From the NCBI GenBank assembly GCA_036001185.1, contig DASYUP010000440.1:1-33099 (forward strand): a stretch of DNA of 33,099 bases, written 5' to 3'. Source of the stretch: Thermoanaerobaculia bacterium (GTDB lineage: Bacteria; Acidobacteriota; Thermoanaerobaculia; Multivoradales; JAIOJS01). The notes under the pieces were generated by a model that was given only the letters and a program-made list of their open reading frames with translations, ran no database searches and was not told the origin of the DNA. The translations under genes and the position numbers were made by a program. Of this stretch, positions 15,259 to 21,914 are shown piece after piece (the first letter of the stretch is position 1; the number at the start of each line of letters is the position of its first letter).

Positions 15259-16847
15259 CACTGGATCTCCCAGCCGCGGCTGGTGCGGCGGATCTTGCCG
15301 CGGCGCTCGAGGTGGTAGAGATCTTCCTGCGTCACCGTGGCGCCGCGTACGAGACCGCGCCGGTTGAGGTCGAGCAGGAAGGTGCGGGTGGCCGCATCGC
15401 TCACGTGCCGGCGCAGCGCCGGGTTGTCGCGCACCTCGAAGTAGAGGCTCGCGTAGGCCGGACGGCCGCTCTGGCTGGTGCCGATGAGGTGGTAGCCGAC
15501 GTTGCAGACGCCCGGCGGGATCTGCGTCACGTCGAGGGTGAGGAACCCCTGGTGAGTGGTCTCGGCGGGGATGACGACCACTCCCGAGAGCGGCGTGGCG
15601 GGACCCGATCCGCCGGTCCCTCCGGTGCTGGGAACCGGCGCTCCCAACCCGCCGGCGCCGCCGAGGGGCAGGGCCGCGCCGTGACCGCTGCTGGCGTCGA
15701 GCAGGCCGAGGTCGCGCCGCGTGGGGCCGGTGCCACCGGGGATGCGCGGCGGGACGACGATGGCGTCGGCGGGCAGCCCCGGCAGGCTCCGTCGCAGCTC
15801 GACGGTGGCCCGCAGGCTGGTGCTGAGGCGCGTCACGGGGATCGTCGTTGCCAACGCCTTGCCCCCCTGGAAGAGCACGCTGGCCGGCGTCGTCGCCGCC
15901 GGCGAGGCGGGGGCCTGCACGTCACAGGAGAGGTTCTCGACCAGCGCCCGCCGGAAGACCAGCGGCTCCTTCTCGAGGTTGCGGATGCGATAGGAACCGA
16001 CCAGGCGCAGGCCGCGCGACTCCATGGCGCCGCTGGTGATCGCCGGCGGCTGCAGGTTTCCCTGCCGCTTGGCGTGGTAGTAGTTGTTGGGCAGCGTCAC
16101 CGCATAGTGGCGGGCGACGCGCCGGCCCGCCGCGAAGCCCGTGGCCCGTGCCTCCCCGGTGACCTCGACGGCAAAGGTCTGGTAGGGCACCGCGCCGTCC
16201 ACGCGGTCGAAGTAGGAGTGCGAGACGTAAGGCTCGTGGGTGGTCGCGATGGCGCCGTCGTCGAAGCGCCAGCGATAGCCACTGAAGGTCTCCTTCAGCT
16301 CGGCGGCGTTGTCGAGGGTGAAGTCGACGGTGTACGGGTGATAGGGGTTGAAGCGGCTGCGCACGAGGATCGCCGGCTCGATTGCGCAGTCCCGCACCGG
16401 CACCTTCACCGTCTTGCTCTGCGACTGGTCGCCGCTGGTGGCAACGACCTGGATCAGCCGCGTCGACGGGTCGCCGAAGAGCTGCAGGTAGCGGTGGTCG
16501 CCGGAGTAGCCGTCGATGGCCACCGATACCCACTGGCCGCTGACCGGTGGCTGCGTCTCCACGGCGACCCTGAAGACCTCGCCGCGGCAGACGCCGTCGC
16601 GTTGCAGGTCCTTGCGCTTCTCGAGGTCGCGGCGGAGGGTGCGAGCGGCGGCCGCGGCGTCGGCCGGCGAGGGTGCCGGCAGCTTGGCGGCTGGCACGAC
16701 GGTGAGCCCGGTGAGCGGCTCGGCCTTGAGCGTCACCTTGGCGATGAGCCCCTGCGCCGCGGCGGCGCGGGGGTGGCCGGCGCCCAGCAGCCAGAGGAGG
16801 GCCGCCAGGGCGGCGACCGGCACGGTTGCTTTCGTCGTCGATCTCAT
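15258..16847 (-). CDS. Secreted PKD-domain-containing protein (529 aa)
   Basis: The internal ATG at 16847 is preceded by AGGAGA. Signal peptide MRSTTKATVPVAALAALLWLLGAGHPRAAAA|Q. PKD-like segment TVDFTLDNAAELKETFSGYRWRFDDGAIATTHEPYVSHSYF...YQTFAVEVT. The upstream 210 aa of ORF 15258..17483 is Arg/Ala junk that overlaps the next gene. Confidence 0.65.
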   Translation of the reverse strand: MRSTTKATVPVAALAALLWLLGAGHPRAAAAQGLIAKVTLKAEPLTGLTVVPAAKLPAPSPADAAAAARTLRRDLEKRKDLQRDGVCRGEVFRVAVETQPPVSGQWVSVAIDGYSGDHRYLQLFGDPSTRLIQVVATSGDQSQSKTVKVPVRDCAIEPAILVRSRFNPYHPYTVDFTLDNAAELKETFSGYRWRFDDGAIATTHEPYVSHSYFDRVDGAVPYQTFAVEVTGEARATGFAAGRRVARHYAVTLPNNYYHAKRQGNLQPPAITSGAMESRGLRLVGSYRIRNLEKEPLVFRRALVENLSCDVQAPASPAATTPASVLFQGGKALATTIPVTRLSTSLRATVELRRSLPGLPADAIVVPPRIPGGTGPTRRDLGLLDASSGHGAALPLGGAGGLGAPVPSTGGTGGSGPATPLSGVVVIPAETTHQGFLTLDVTQIPPGVCNVGYHLIGTSQSGRPAYASLYFEVRDNPALRRHVSDAATRTFLLDLNRRGLVRGATVTQEDLYHLERRGKIRRTSRGWEIQ

Positions 16848-16870
16848 GGGTGTGTCTCCTGGCGCCGCCG

Positions 16871-17527
16871 CTAGCGGCTGGCGCAAACCTGGTCGATCCA
16901 CAGCTCCTGGCCGCCGATGCGCAGCGTCGCCACCGGGCCGGTGAGCTTCAGGGTTCCCGTCTTGCCGTGCGCCGGCGGCGGCAGCGGTGTGGTGGCCACG
17001 GCCAGCGCCACACCGCCGATCGGCGTCGGCGCCGCCGCGAGCTCGCCGGCGTACAGCGGGCTGCCGTTGACGGCGAGGTTCTCCGCGCCGCCGAGGTCGA
17101 GAAAGCGCAGCGCCACGCGCGCCGGGCGGAAGCCGAGGGCGCGGAAGTCGAGCTGCACGTCGACGTTGTTGAGGCGCAGGCTCTGCCCGGCGGCGAACGG
17201 CCGCGGCGGGTTGACCACCGTCGCCACCTCGAAGGCGGTAGCGGCGTTCGCCGCCAGGTACTTCTCCACCGTCACCCGCACGCGCTGCGAGGTGAAGGCG
17301 AGGTCGCCGGGCGACTGCCCCACCGGCCTGCCGTAGCGCGTGCCGAGCAGCAGCGGCGGCTCGAAGTCGACGCAGACCACCGCCGGCTGCGGCGGGACGG
17401 GGAGGGGCGGTGGCTGGGGGCGAGGCTGCGCCGCAGCGGTGGCGGTGACTGCCGGTAGCCCGCTGCCCAGCAACCCCGCACACAGCACGAGCAGCAGCCC
17501 GCGGGATGTCGTTCGCAATGTCTTCAC
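16871..17527 (-). CDS. Secreted beta-rich hypothetical protein (218 aa)
   Basis: The GTG at 17527 is preceded by AAGGAGG plus 5 nt. Signal peptide VKTLRTTSRGLLLVLCAGLLGSGLPAVTATAAA|Q, then a Pro-rich linker and a beta-strand-like body (FLDLGGAENLAVNGSPLY). G/C third positions. No family recognised. Confidence 0.65.
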   Translation of the reverse strand: MKTLRTTSRGLLLVLCAGLLGSGLPAVTATAAAQPRPQPPPLPVPPQPAVVCVDFEPPLLLGTRYGRPVGQSPGDLAFTSQRVRVTVEKYLAANAATAFEVATVVNPPRPFAAGQSLRLNNVDVQLDFRALGFRPARVALRFLDLGGAENLAVNGSPLYAGELAAAPTPIGGVALAVATTPLPPPAHGKTGTLKLTGPVATLRIGGQELWIDQVCASR

Positions 17528-17582
17528 GGTCGCCTCCTTGTCAGGTGCCGGCGCCATCGCGGCGCCGAGCTCTGTCAGGGAA

Positions 17583-17609
17583 GGCGACGGTGCGGGAGGA
17601 AAGACAACA
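17583..17609 (-). promoter_or_regulatory. Candidate ECF-type promoter (TGTTG-N15-CGTCGCCT) upstream of the secreted-protein trio
   Basis: The minus strand reads caTTGTTGtctttcctcccgcacCGTCGCCTtccc, about 55 nt upstream of the GTG at 17527. The same 5-mer, the same 15-nt spacer length and the same 8-mer occur at 19477-19503. It sits in a locally AT-richer patch. Confidence 0.45.
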
Positions 17610-17622
17610 ATGCGGCCGGAAT

Positions 17623-18291
17623 CTAGCGGACGACGACTGCCGGCCCCAGCTCGACCCGGGCGCCGCGCGCCAGGGCGGCCGCGGCGTCGCGGTCGAGGTC
17701 GGCGGTGGGCGGCGGGAAGGGCTGCTCCCCGACCAGCAGCAGCGGCTGGTAGCTGCCCACCGCGTCGAGCGCCACGATGGCGCGCAGCGACCTGCCGCTG
17801 CGCACGCAAGGCTGGCGGTCGGCGCAGCGCAGCACCAGCTCGCGGTCGTTGCGGTAGACGCGCAGCTCGGCGTGCGCGGCGCCGCCGGTGCTGGCGACGA
17901 GCCGCAGCAGATCGCCCGGCCGGGCCTCGTCGCCGCGCAGGACGGCGGCGCCCCGCTGCACGTCGGCGCGCAGCGACACGCTGCCGAGGTCGCCTGCCGG
18001 GGTGCGGAGAAGCAAGAGGACGGCGAGCGCCGCGGCCAGCCCGGTGGCCAGCACCCAGGGGAGCCACCCTCGCCGCCGCGCCCGGCGGGCCTCGATGCGC
18101 CGCCAGACCTCGGCTTGCCAGCGTGGTGACGGGGCGAGATCGCCCTCCAGCGAGGCGATGCCGGCGCGCAGCCGCTCGTAGACCGCCCGCGCCTCAAGGC
18201 AGTCGGGGCAGGTGGCGAAGTGGTCGTCGAGCGGCAGCCCCTGCTCGATGCGCAGCAGCGCTTCCTCGGCGAAGCGGTTGCAGCGGCTCAT
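17623..18291 (-). CDS. Anti-sigma factor, zf-HC2 type, single-pass membrane protein (222 aa)
   Basis: MSRCNRFAEEALLRIEQGLPLDDHFATCPDCLEARAVYERL carries the H-x3-C-x2-C motif. TM segment WLPWVLATGLAAALAVLLLL. About 120 aa are extracytoplasmic. It lies directly downstream of the ECF sigma gene. The ATG at 18291 follows GGAG plus 9 nt; an alternative ATG lies at 18306. Confidence 0.75.
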   Translation of the reverse strand: MSRCNRFAEEALLRIEQGLPLDDHFATCPDCLEARAVYERLRAGIASLEGDLAPSPRWQAEVWRRIEARRARRRGWLPWVLATGLAAALAVLLLLRTPAGDLGSVSLRADVQRGAAVLRGDEARPGDLLRLVASTGGAAHAELRVYRNDRELVLRCADRQPCVRSGRSLRAIVALDAVGSYQPLLLVGEQPFPPPTADLDRDAAAALARGARVELGPAVVVR

Positions 18292-18298
18292 GGGTTGT

Positions 18299-18358
18299 CG
18301 CTCCATCTGGTGACGCTCAAGAGGGTGACGCTCAAGAGGGTGCCGCTCACGGGGTGAC
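18299..18358. repeat. Four tandem 15-bp units spanning the sigma stop codon to the anti-sigma start region
   Basis: Plus-strand units: cgctccatctggtga (18299), cgctcaagagggtga (18314), cgctcaagagggtgc (18329), cgctcacggggtgac (18344). The two middle units match at 14 of 15 positions and the outer units are degenerate. Confidence 0.8.
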
Positions 18359-18949
18359 GCCTCGCTCCTCGAGGCACCGGCGCAGCGCCGGCAGCGCCCG
18401 CGCCACGCGCGCCTGCAGCGTGGCGGCGCGCTCCCCCGACAGCTCGGCGATCTGCGGGTACGAGAGGTCGAGCTGGAAGCGCAGCAGCACCGCCGAGCGG
18501 ATGCGCGGCACCAGCTCCCGCAGACAGGCGGCGAGGGCGTCGGCGAGCGAGCGCGCCACCAGGCCGCGGTCGGCGCCGCCGCCGGGGTCGGGGCGCTCCG
18601 CCGCTTCGGCGAGGCGCCCGAAGCGCCGGCGCCGGCGACGGTCCATCTTCAGCAGGTCGAGGCAGCGGTGGCGGGCGATGCCGAAGAGCCAGGTGCGCAG
18701 CGAGGAGCGCCGGCCGAAGCCCGCCAGCGCCTCGTACGCCTGGACGAAGGTCATCTGGTGCGCGTCCTGCGCCAGCTCCTCGTCGTCGACCAGCTGCCGG
18801 CAGTAGCGATAGAGCGCCGCTCCATAGGCGCGCATGAGCAGGGTCAGCGCGGCCTCCCGGTCGGCACGCTCGAGCGCGGCGAGGGCCTCCCGCTCCGGGT
18901 CCCCGACCTCGCCAACGGGGTCCTGGCCCTCACCGGCCGTCGCGCTCAT
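18347..18949 (-). CDS. ECF-family RNA polymerase sigma-70 factor (200 aa)
   Basis: Region 2: LLMRAYGAALYRYCRQLVDDEELAQDAHQMTFVQAYEALAGFGRRSSLRTWLFGIARHRCLDLLK. Region 4 HTH: LSYPQIAELSGERAATLQARVARALPALRRCLEE. The ATG at 18949 follows GGAGG plus 6 nt. Confidence 0.9.
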   Translation of the reverse strand: MSATAGEGQDPVGEVGDPEREALAALERADREAALTLLMRAYGAALYRYCRQLVDDEELAQDAHQMTFVQAYEALAGFGRRSSLRTWLFGIARHRCLDLLKMDRRRRRRFGRLAEAAERPDPGGGADRGLVARSLADALAACLRELVPRIRSAVLLRFQLDLSYPQIAELSGERAATLQARVARALPALRRCLEERGVTP

Positions 18950-19052
18950 CGGCCGCCTCCGGCCGAGGAGGCCGTCACCGGCCATTGCCGCCGCGGGATC
19001 CATGGTCGCGCTCCTCGCTCGCCCCTGCTGGTGCCACCCGGCTCCGGCTCTC

Positions 19053-19439
19053 CTAGGGCAAGCCCTTCACCAGCGCCTGCACCGAGTCGCGCGGCGGAAT
19101 CGGCGGCGGCGGCAGCGGGCAGTCGGTGAAGCGCTCGTCGCAGCGGATCCCGCCCTGGCCGGGGGTCCAGCGACCCACCGGTTCGAGGCGATAGATCGTC
19201 AGCTCGCTGTCGGCAGGGAAGCTGGCCGACCCGGTCGTCACCGCCAGCTTGCCGCCTCCCCCCGCGGAGCCGCCCTTGCTCGCCGAGCCGAGGACGAGGA
19301 AGGCGCCGTCCGCGGGCTTCGCCGTCACCCGCACGGTATCGCCGTCGCGCTCGAAGGGCAGGTTCTGCTTGCTGCCGCTGCCGGCCACCGCGGCACCGGT
19401 GACGGCCGTGATCAGAGTGCTCAGCCAGTGAAACGTCAT
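19053..19439 (-). CDS. Small secreted hypothetical protein (128 aa)
   Basis: The ATG at 19439 follows GAGGAGG. The N-terminus MTFHWLSTLITAVTGAAVAGSGS is hydrophobic. It has a Gly/Ser linker, a beta-rich body and a Pro-rich tail (CPLPPPPIPP). Third positions are strongly G/C. Confidence 0.6.
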   Translation of the reverse strand: MTFHWLSTLITAVTGAAVAGSGSKQNLPFERDGDTVRVTAKPADGAFLVLGSASKGGSAGGGGKLAVTTGSASFPADSELTIYRLEPVGRWTPGQGGIRCDERFTDCPLPPPPIPPRDSVQALVKGLP

Positions 19440-19476
19440 GAGGTCCTCCTCTCGGTAAACCACCCTCTGAGGGTGA

Positions 19477-19503
19477 GGCGACGCCGGGGGCAGATTCGCA
19501 ACA
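19477..19503 (-). promoter_or_regulatory. Candidate ECF-type (autoregulatory) promoter TGTTG-N15-CGTCGCCT upstream of small secreted gene, sigma and anti-sigma
   Basis: The minus strand reads ccgTGTTGcgaatctgcccccggCGTCGCCTcacc, about 40 nt upstream of the ATG at 19439. It lies in the 69-nt gap after the CHAT gene. It matches the motif at 17583-17609. Confidence 0.45.
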
Positions 19504-19508
19504 CGGAG

Positions 19509-21809
19509 TCATCGCTCGAGCTCGGCACCGAAGAGCGCGAAGGGGGCCCAGGACGCCGGTGGCTCGCCGCGCGCGATGGCGGCCCGCTGGGCCCGCGCCA
19601 GGCCGGCCACCGGATCGGCCGCACCCCCTTCGCGGTAGAAGCGGAGCACGAAGTCACGCGCCACCGCATCGTCGACCGAGCGCAGCGAGGCAAGCACCGA
19701 GCGACTGCCGGCGGCGAGGAACGCCGCGGCGAGCGAGCCCCACATCTCGCGGCGCTCGCGGGCCGCCGAGGCGCAGCTCGCGAGCACCACCAACCGCGGC
19801 GCGATGCGGCGGCCGACGATCTCGCCGGCGCCGAAGTCGCGGTCGGCCAGCCGCAGCCACGGTCCGCGGGGCCCGAGGCCGCTGTGGGTGGCGAGATGCA
19901 GGAGCGAGGCCCGGGCGCCCGACGCGAGCTCGCCGGTGGTGGCCCGCTGAGCGGTGCGCACCGTGGCGTGGAGGAGCGGCCCCACGGCGAGGGCCTCGGC
20001 GGCCGCCGCCGGCAGGTCGGCGCGGGGGTCCGCCAGCACCAGCGCCGGCCCATAGGGGACCCCGGGGCGGGCGGCGATCGCCACCAGGGCGGTGAGGCTC
20101 GGTACGTAGACGACCGGGTGCTCCTCGACGAGGTAACGATCGCCGTGCCGCAGGGCGGCGAAGGCCACCTGCGCGAGGGCGCCGTCGGCGACGACGTAGA
20201 GCGGTGCGCCCGCGGCCGGCAACGCGCCGGCCGGCAGCAGCAGGTCGCCGAGGCTCGCCGCCAGCGCGCGGTCGTCGGGCCGCGCCTGCAACCGCTCGGC
20301 GAGGTCGCGAATCTCCCGCCGCGGCCGCGCCAGCCGAAGGGCCCGCACGCGGCCGCCGTGGACCGTCAGCAGCCAGTCCTCAGCGCCGGCCTCGAAGTAG
20401 GCGAGGCCGTGGCGGTCGCCGAAGGCGGCGAGGACCCGCTCGATCGGCTGCGGCGCCGCCACCGCCGAGGCGCCCATTGCCGGCAGCAGCGCGCGCAGTG
20501 CCTCGAGGCGGTCGGCCGCGCCCTCGGGAGCCTGGTCGGTCGCCACTTGCTGGCTTGCCGATGCCGCCTGGATGAAGGCGTCGAGCAGGGTGCGCGCCTG
20601 CGCCCGCTCCGCGGTCGCCAGCGCCGCCACGGCGCGCCCGCCACGCGCCTGCAGCAGGAAAAGCGACTCGAAGGGCCGCCGCTTGCGCTCGAGCAGCCAG
20701 GACTGCAGCTCACCGAGCTCGAGCTCGCGGCGCATCCCCTCGATCACGCGGGTCGAGCGCTCGTACGCCGCTTCCGCCGCCGCCGGGTCGCCGCGCGCCT
20801 CGGCGACGCGGCCGGCGAGCTGCTCGAGGTCCCACGCCCACTCGGGGACCGGCTCGCCGGCGAGCGCGCGCGCGACGGTTGCCGCGGCGGCATCGAGATG
20901 GTGACGGGCGAGCTCCACCGCGGCCTGGTAGTAGAGCAGCGCCGTCGGGCTGGCGCTGGCCTCGGCGTGCGCGCGGGCCGCCTGCAGGTGGCGCTCCGCC
21001 TGCTCCACCTGGCCGGCATCGAGGTAGGCCTCGACGAGGTCGAGGTGGGCGGAGCGCAGCGTGCGGTCATCGCCGCCGGCCGCCAGCTTCACCGCCTCCT
21101 CGAGCCGCATGGCGCCGAGCGTGGGTCGCCCCTCGGCCTTCAGCAGCAGCCCCTCGTTGACGAGGAAGCGCGCCCGCTCGAGCGGCGACTGCTCCCGGCG
21201 CAGGGAAGCCGCCATCTCCAGCGCGCGCCGCGCGCCGGCACGGTCGCCGACGTCGTAGAGCACGGTGTAGAGCCCCTCGGCGGCGCGCGCCTGCGCCTCG
21301 CGATCGCCGGCGCGCGCGGCGGTGGTGAACGCCTCGCTGGCGAAGCGCAGCGCCTCGCGGTAGCGCGAGTCCGCCCAGGCGAGATAGAAGAGACCGTAGA
21401 GGGCACCCGACATCGCCTTGGCGTCGCCCGCCCGGCGGGTCAGCGCTAGGTCGTGGCGGAAGTCGCGCTCCGCCAGGGCGAGCTCGCCGCGCTGCCAGTG
21501 GATCGAGGCGGTGAGGCTCCACAGGCCAGGCTCCCCCGCCGTGCCGGCGAGGCGCTTCACCCAGCCGAAGACCTGCTGCGGATGGCCGAGGTGGTACTGG
21601 GCCCGCGCCGCCGCCGCACCAGCGTGTGGCTCACCCTCGCGGCGGTAGACTTCCTCACAGCGGCTCGCCGCGCCGGCGTAGTCCTTCGCCTCGAGCAGCG
21701 CCGTGCAACCCGGCAGGCCCGGTTGGCGGCAGGCGCCCACACCCGGCAGGAAGCCCACCAGGGAGAGGCCGAGGAGAACGGCTGGGCGGTTCGAGCGGCG
21801 CGCGCGCAA
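19509..21809 (-). CDS. TPR-repeat CHAT-domain (caspase-fold) protease, predicted lipoprotein (766 aa)
   Basis: The TTG start at 21809 follows GGAGGGG plus 7 nt. N-terminus MRARRSNRPAVLLGLSLVGFLPGVGA|C (lipobox-like). The central part has TPR-like helical repeats (AEGLYTVLYDVGDRAGARRALEMA...). The C-terminal CHAT signature is LLHLATHSG (His codon 19884-19886) ... PRLVVLASCASA (Cys codon 19773-19775). Confidence 0.85.
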   Translation of the reverse strand: MRARRSNRPAVLLGLSLVGFLPGVGACRQPGLPGCTALLEAKDYAGAASRCEEVYRREGEPHAGAAAARAQYHLGHPQQVFGWVKRLAGTAGEPGLWSLTASIHWQRGELALAERDFRHDLALTRRAGDAKAMSGALYGLFYLAWADSRYREALRFASEAFTTAARAGDREAQARAAEGLYTVLYDVGDRAGARRALEMAASLRREQSPLERARFLVNEGLLLKAEGRPTLGAMRLEEAVKLAAGGDDRTLRSAHLDLVEAYLDAGQVEQAERHLQAARAHAEASASPTALLYYQAAVELARHHLDAAAATVARALAGEPVPEWAWDLEQLAGRVAEARGDPAAAEAAYERSTRVIEGMRRELELGELQSWLLERKRRPFESLFLLQARGGRAVAALATAERAQARTLLDAFIQAASASQQVATDQAPEGAADRLEALRALLPAMGASAVAAPQPIERVLAAFGDRHGLAYFEAGAEDWLLTVHGGRVRALRLARPRREIRDLAERLQARPDDRALAASLGDLLLPAGALPAAGAPLYVVADGALAQVAFAALRHGDRYLVEEHPVVYVPSLTALVAIAARPGVPYGPALVLADPRADLPAAAAEALAVGPLLHATVRTAQRATTGELASGARASLLHLATHSGLGPRGPWLRLADRDFGAGEIVGRRIAPRLVVLASCASAARERREMWGSLAAAFLAAGSRSVLASLRSVDDAVARDFVLRFYREGGAADPVAGLARAQRAAIARGEPPASWAPFALFGAELER

Positions 21810-21914
21810 GCAGCGGCCCCTCCGAGGGTCGAGCGGGAACGGACGGCGGGCAGTCTAGCAACGGGCGCGACGCCGCACCCTAGGGATGCTCTGCGGGCCG
21901 TCGCTTGTGGCAGC

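Noticed and set aside
17610-17640. A plus-strand GGGAGGAAAGACAACAATG that looks like an SD plus ATG for a small ORF.
   Set aside because: The downstream frame is the Arg-rich antisense artefact (17340..18806) opposite the anti-sigma gene. The AT-richer patch is better explained as the minus-strand promoter region.
18834-21449. An 871-aa plus-strand ORF opposite the CHAT gene. Similar cases: 25693..27765 plus (opposite nadE), 14170..16874 plus (opposite the secreted-protein genes), 30705..32354 minus, 23472..24923 minus and 23543..25795 plus.
   Set aside because: Same GC artefact. The composition is low-complexity and R/A/G/P/E-rich, and in each case the opposite or alternative frame carries recognisable domains (CHAT, NadE, PKD, M48, HPF-CSD).
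19509-21809. The CHAT protease as part of a CRISPR type III-E (Craspase-like) or other phage-defence system.
   Set aside because: The window has no CRISPR array, no cas/gRAMP genes, and no nuclease, NTPase or TIR partners. The protein has an export/lipobox signal and neighbours an ECF/anti-sigma pair, which points to envelope signalling instead.
21810-21914. A third copy of the TGTTG-N15-CGTCGCC motif upstream of the CHAT gene.
   Set aside because: Only partial look-alikes occur (CGTTG-N13-CGTC; an isolated CGTCGCG), with different spacing. I therefore do not claim that the CHAT gene belongs to the same regulon.
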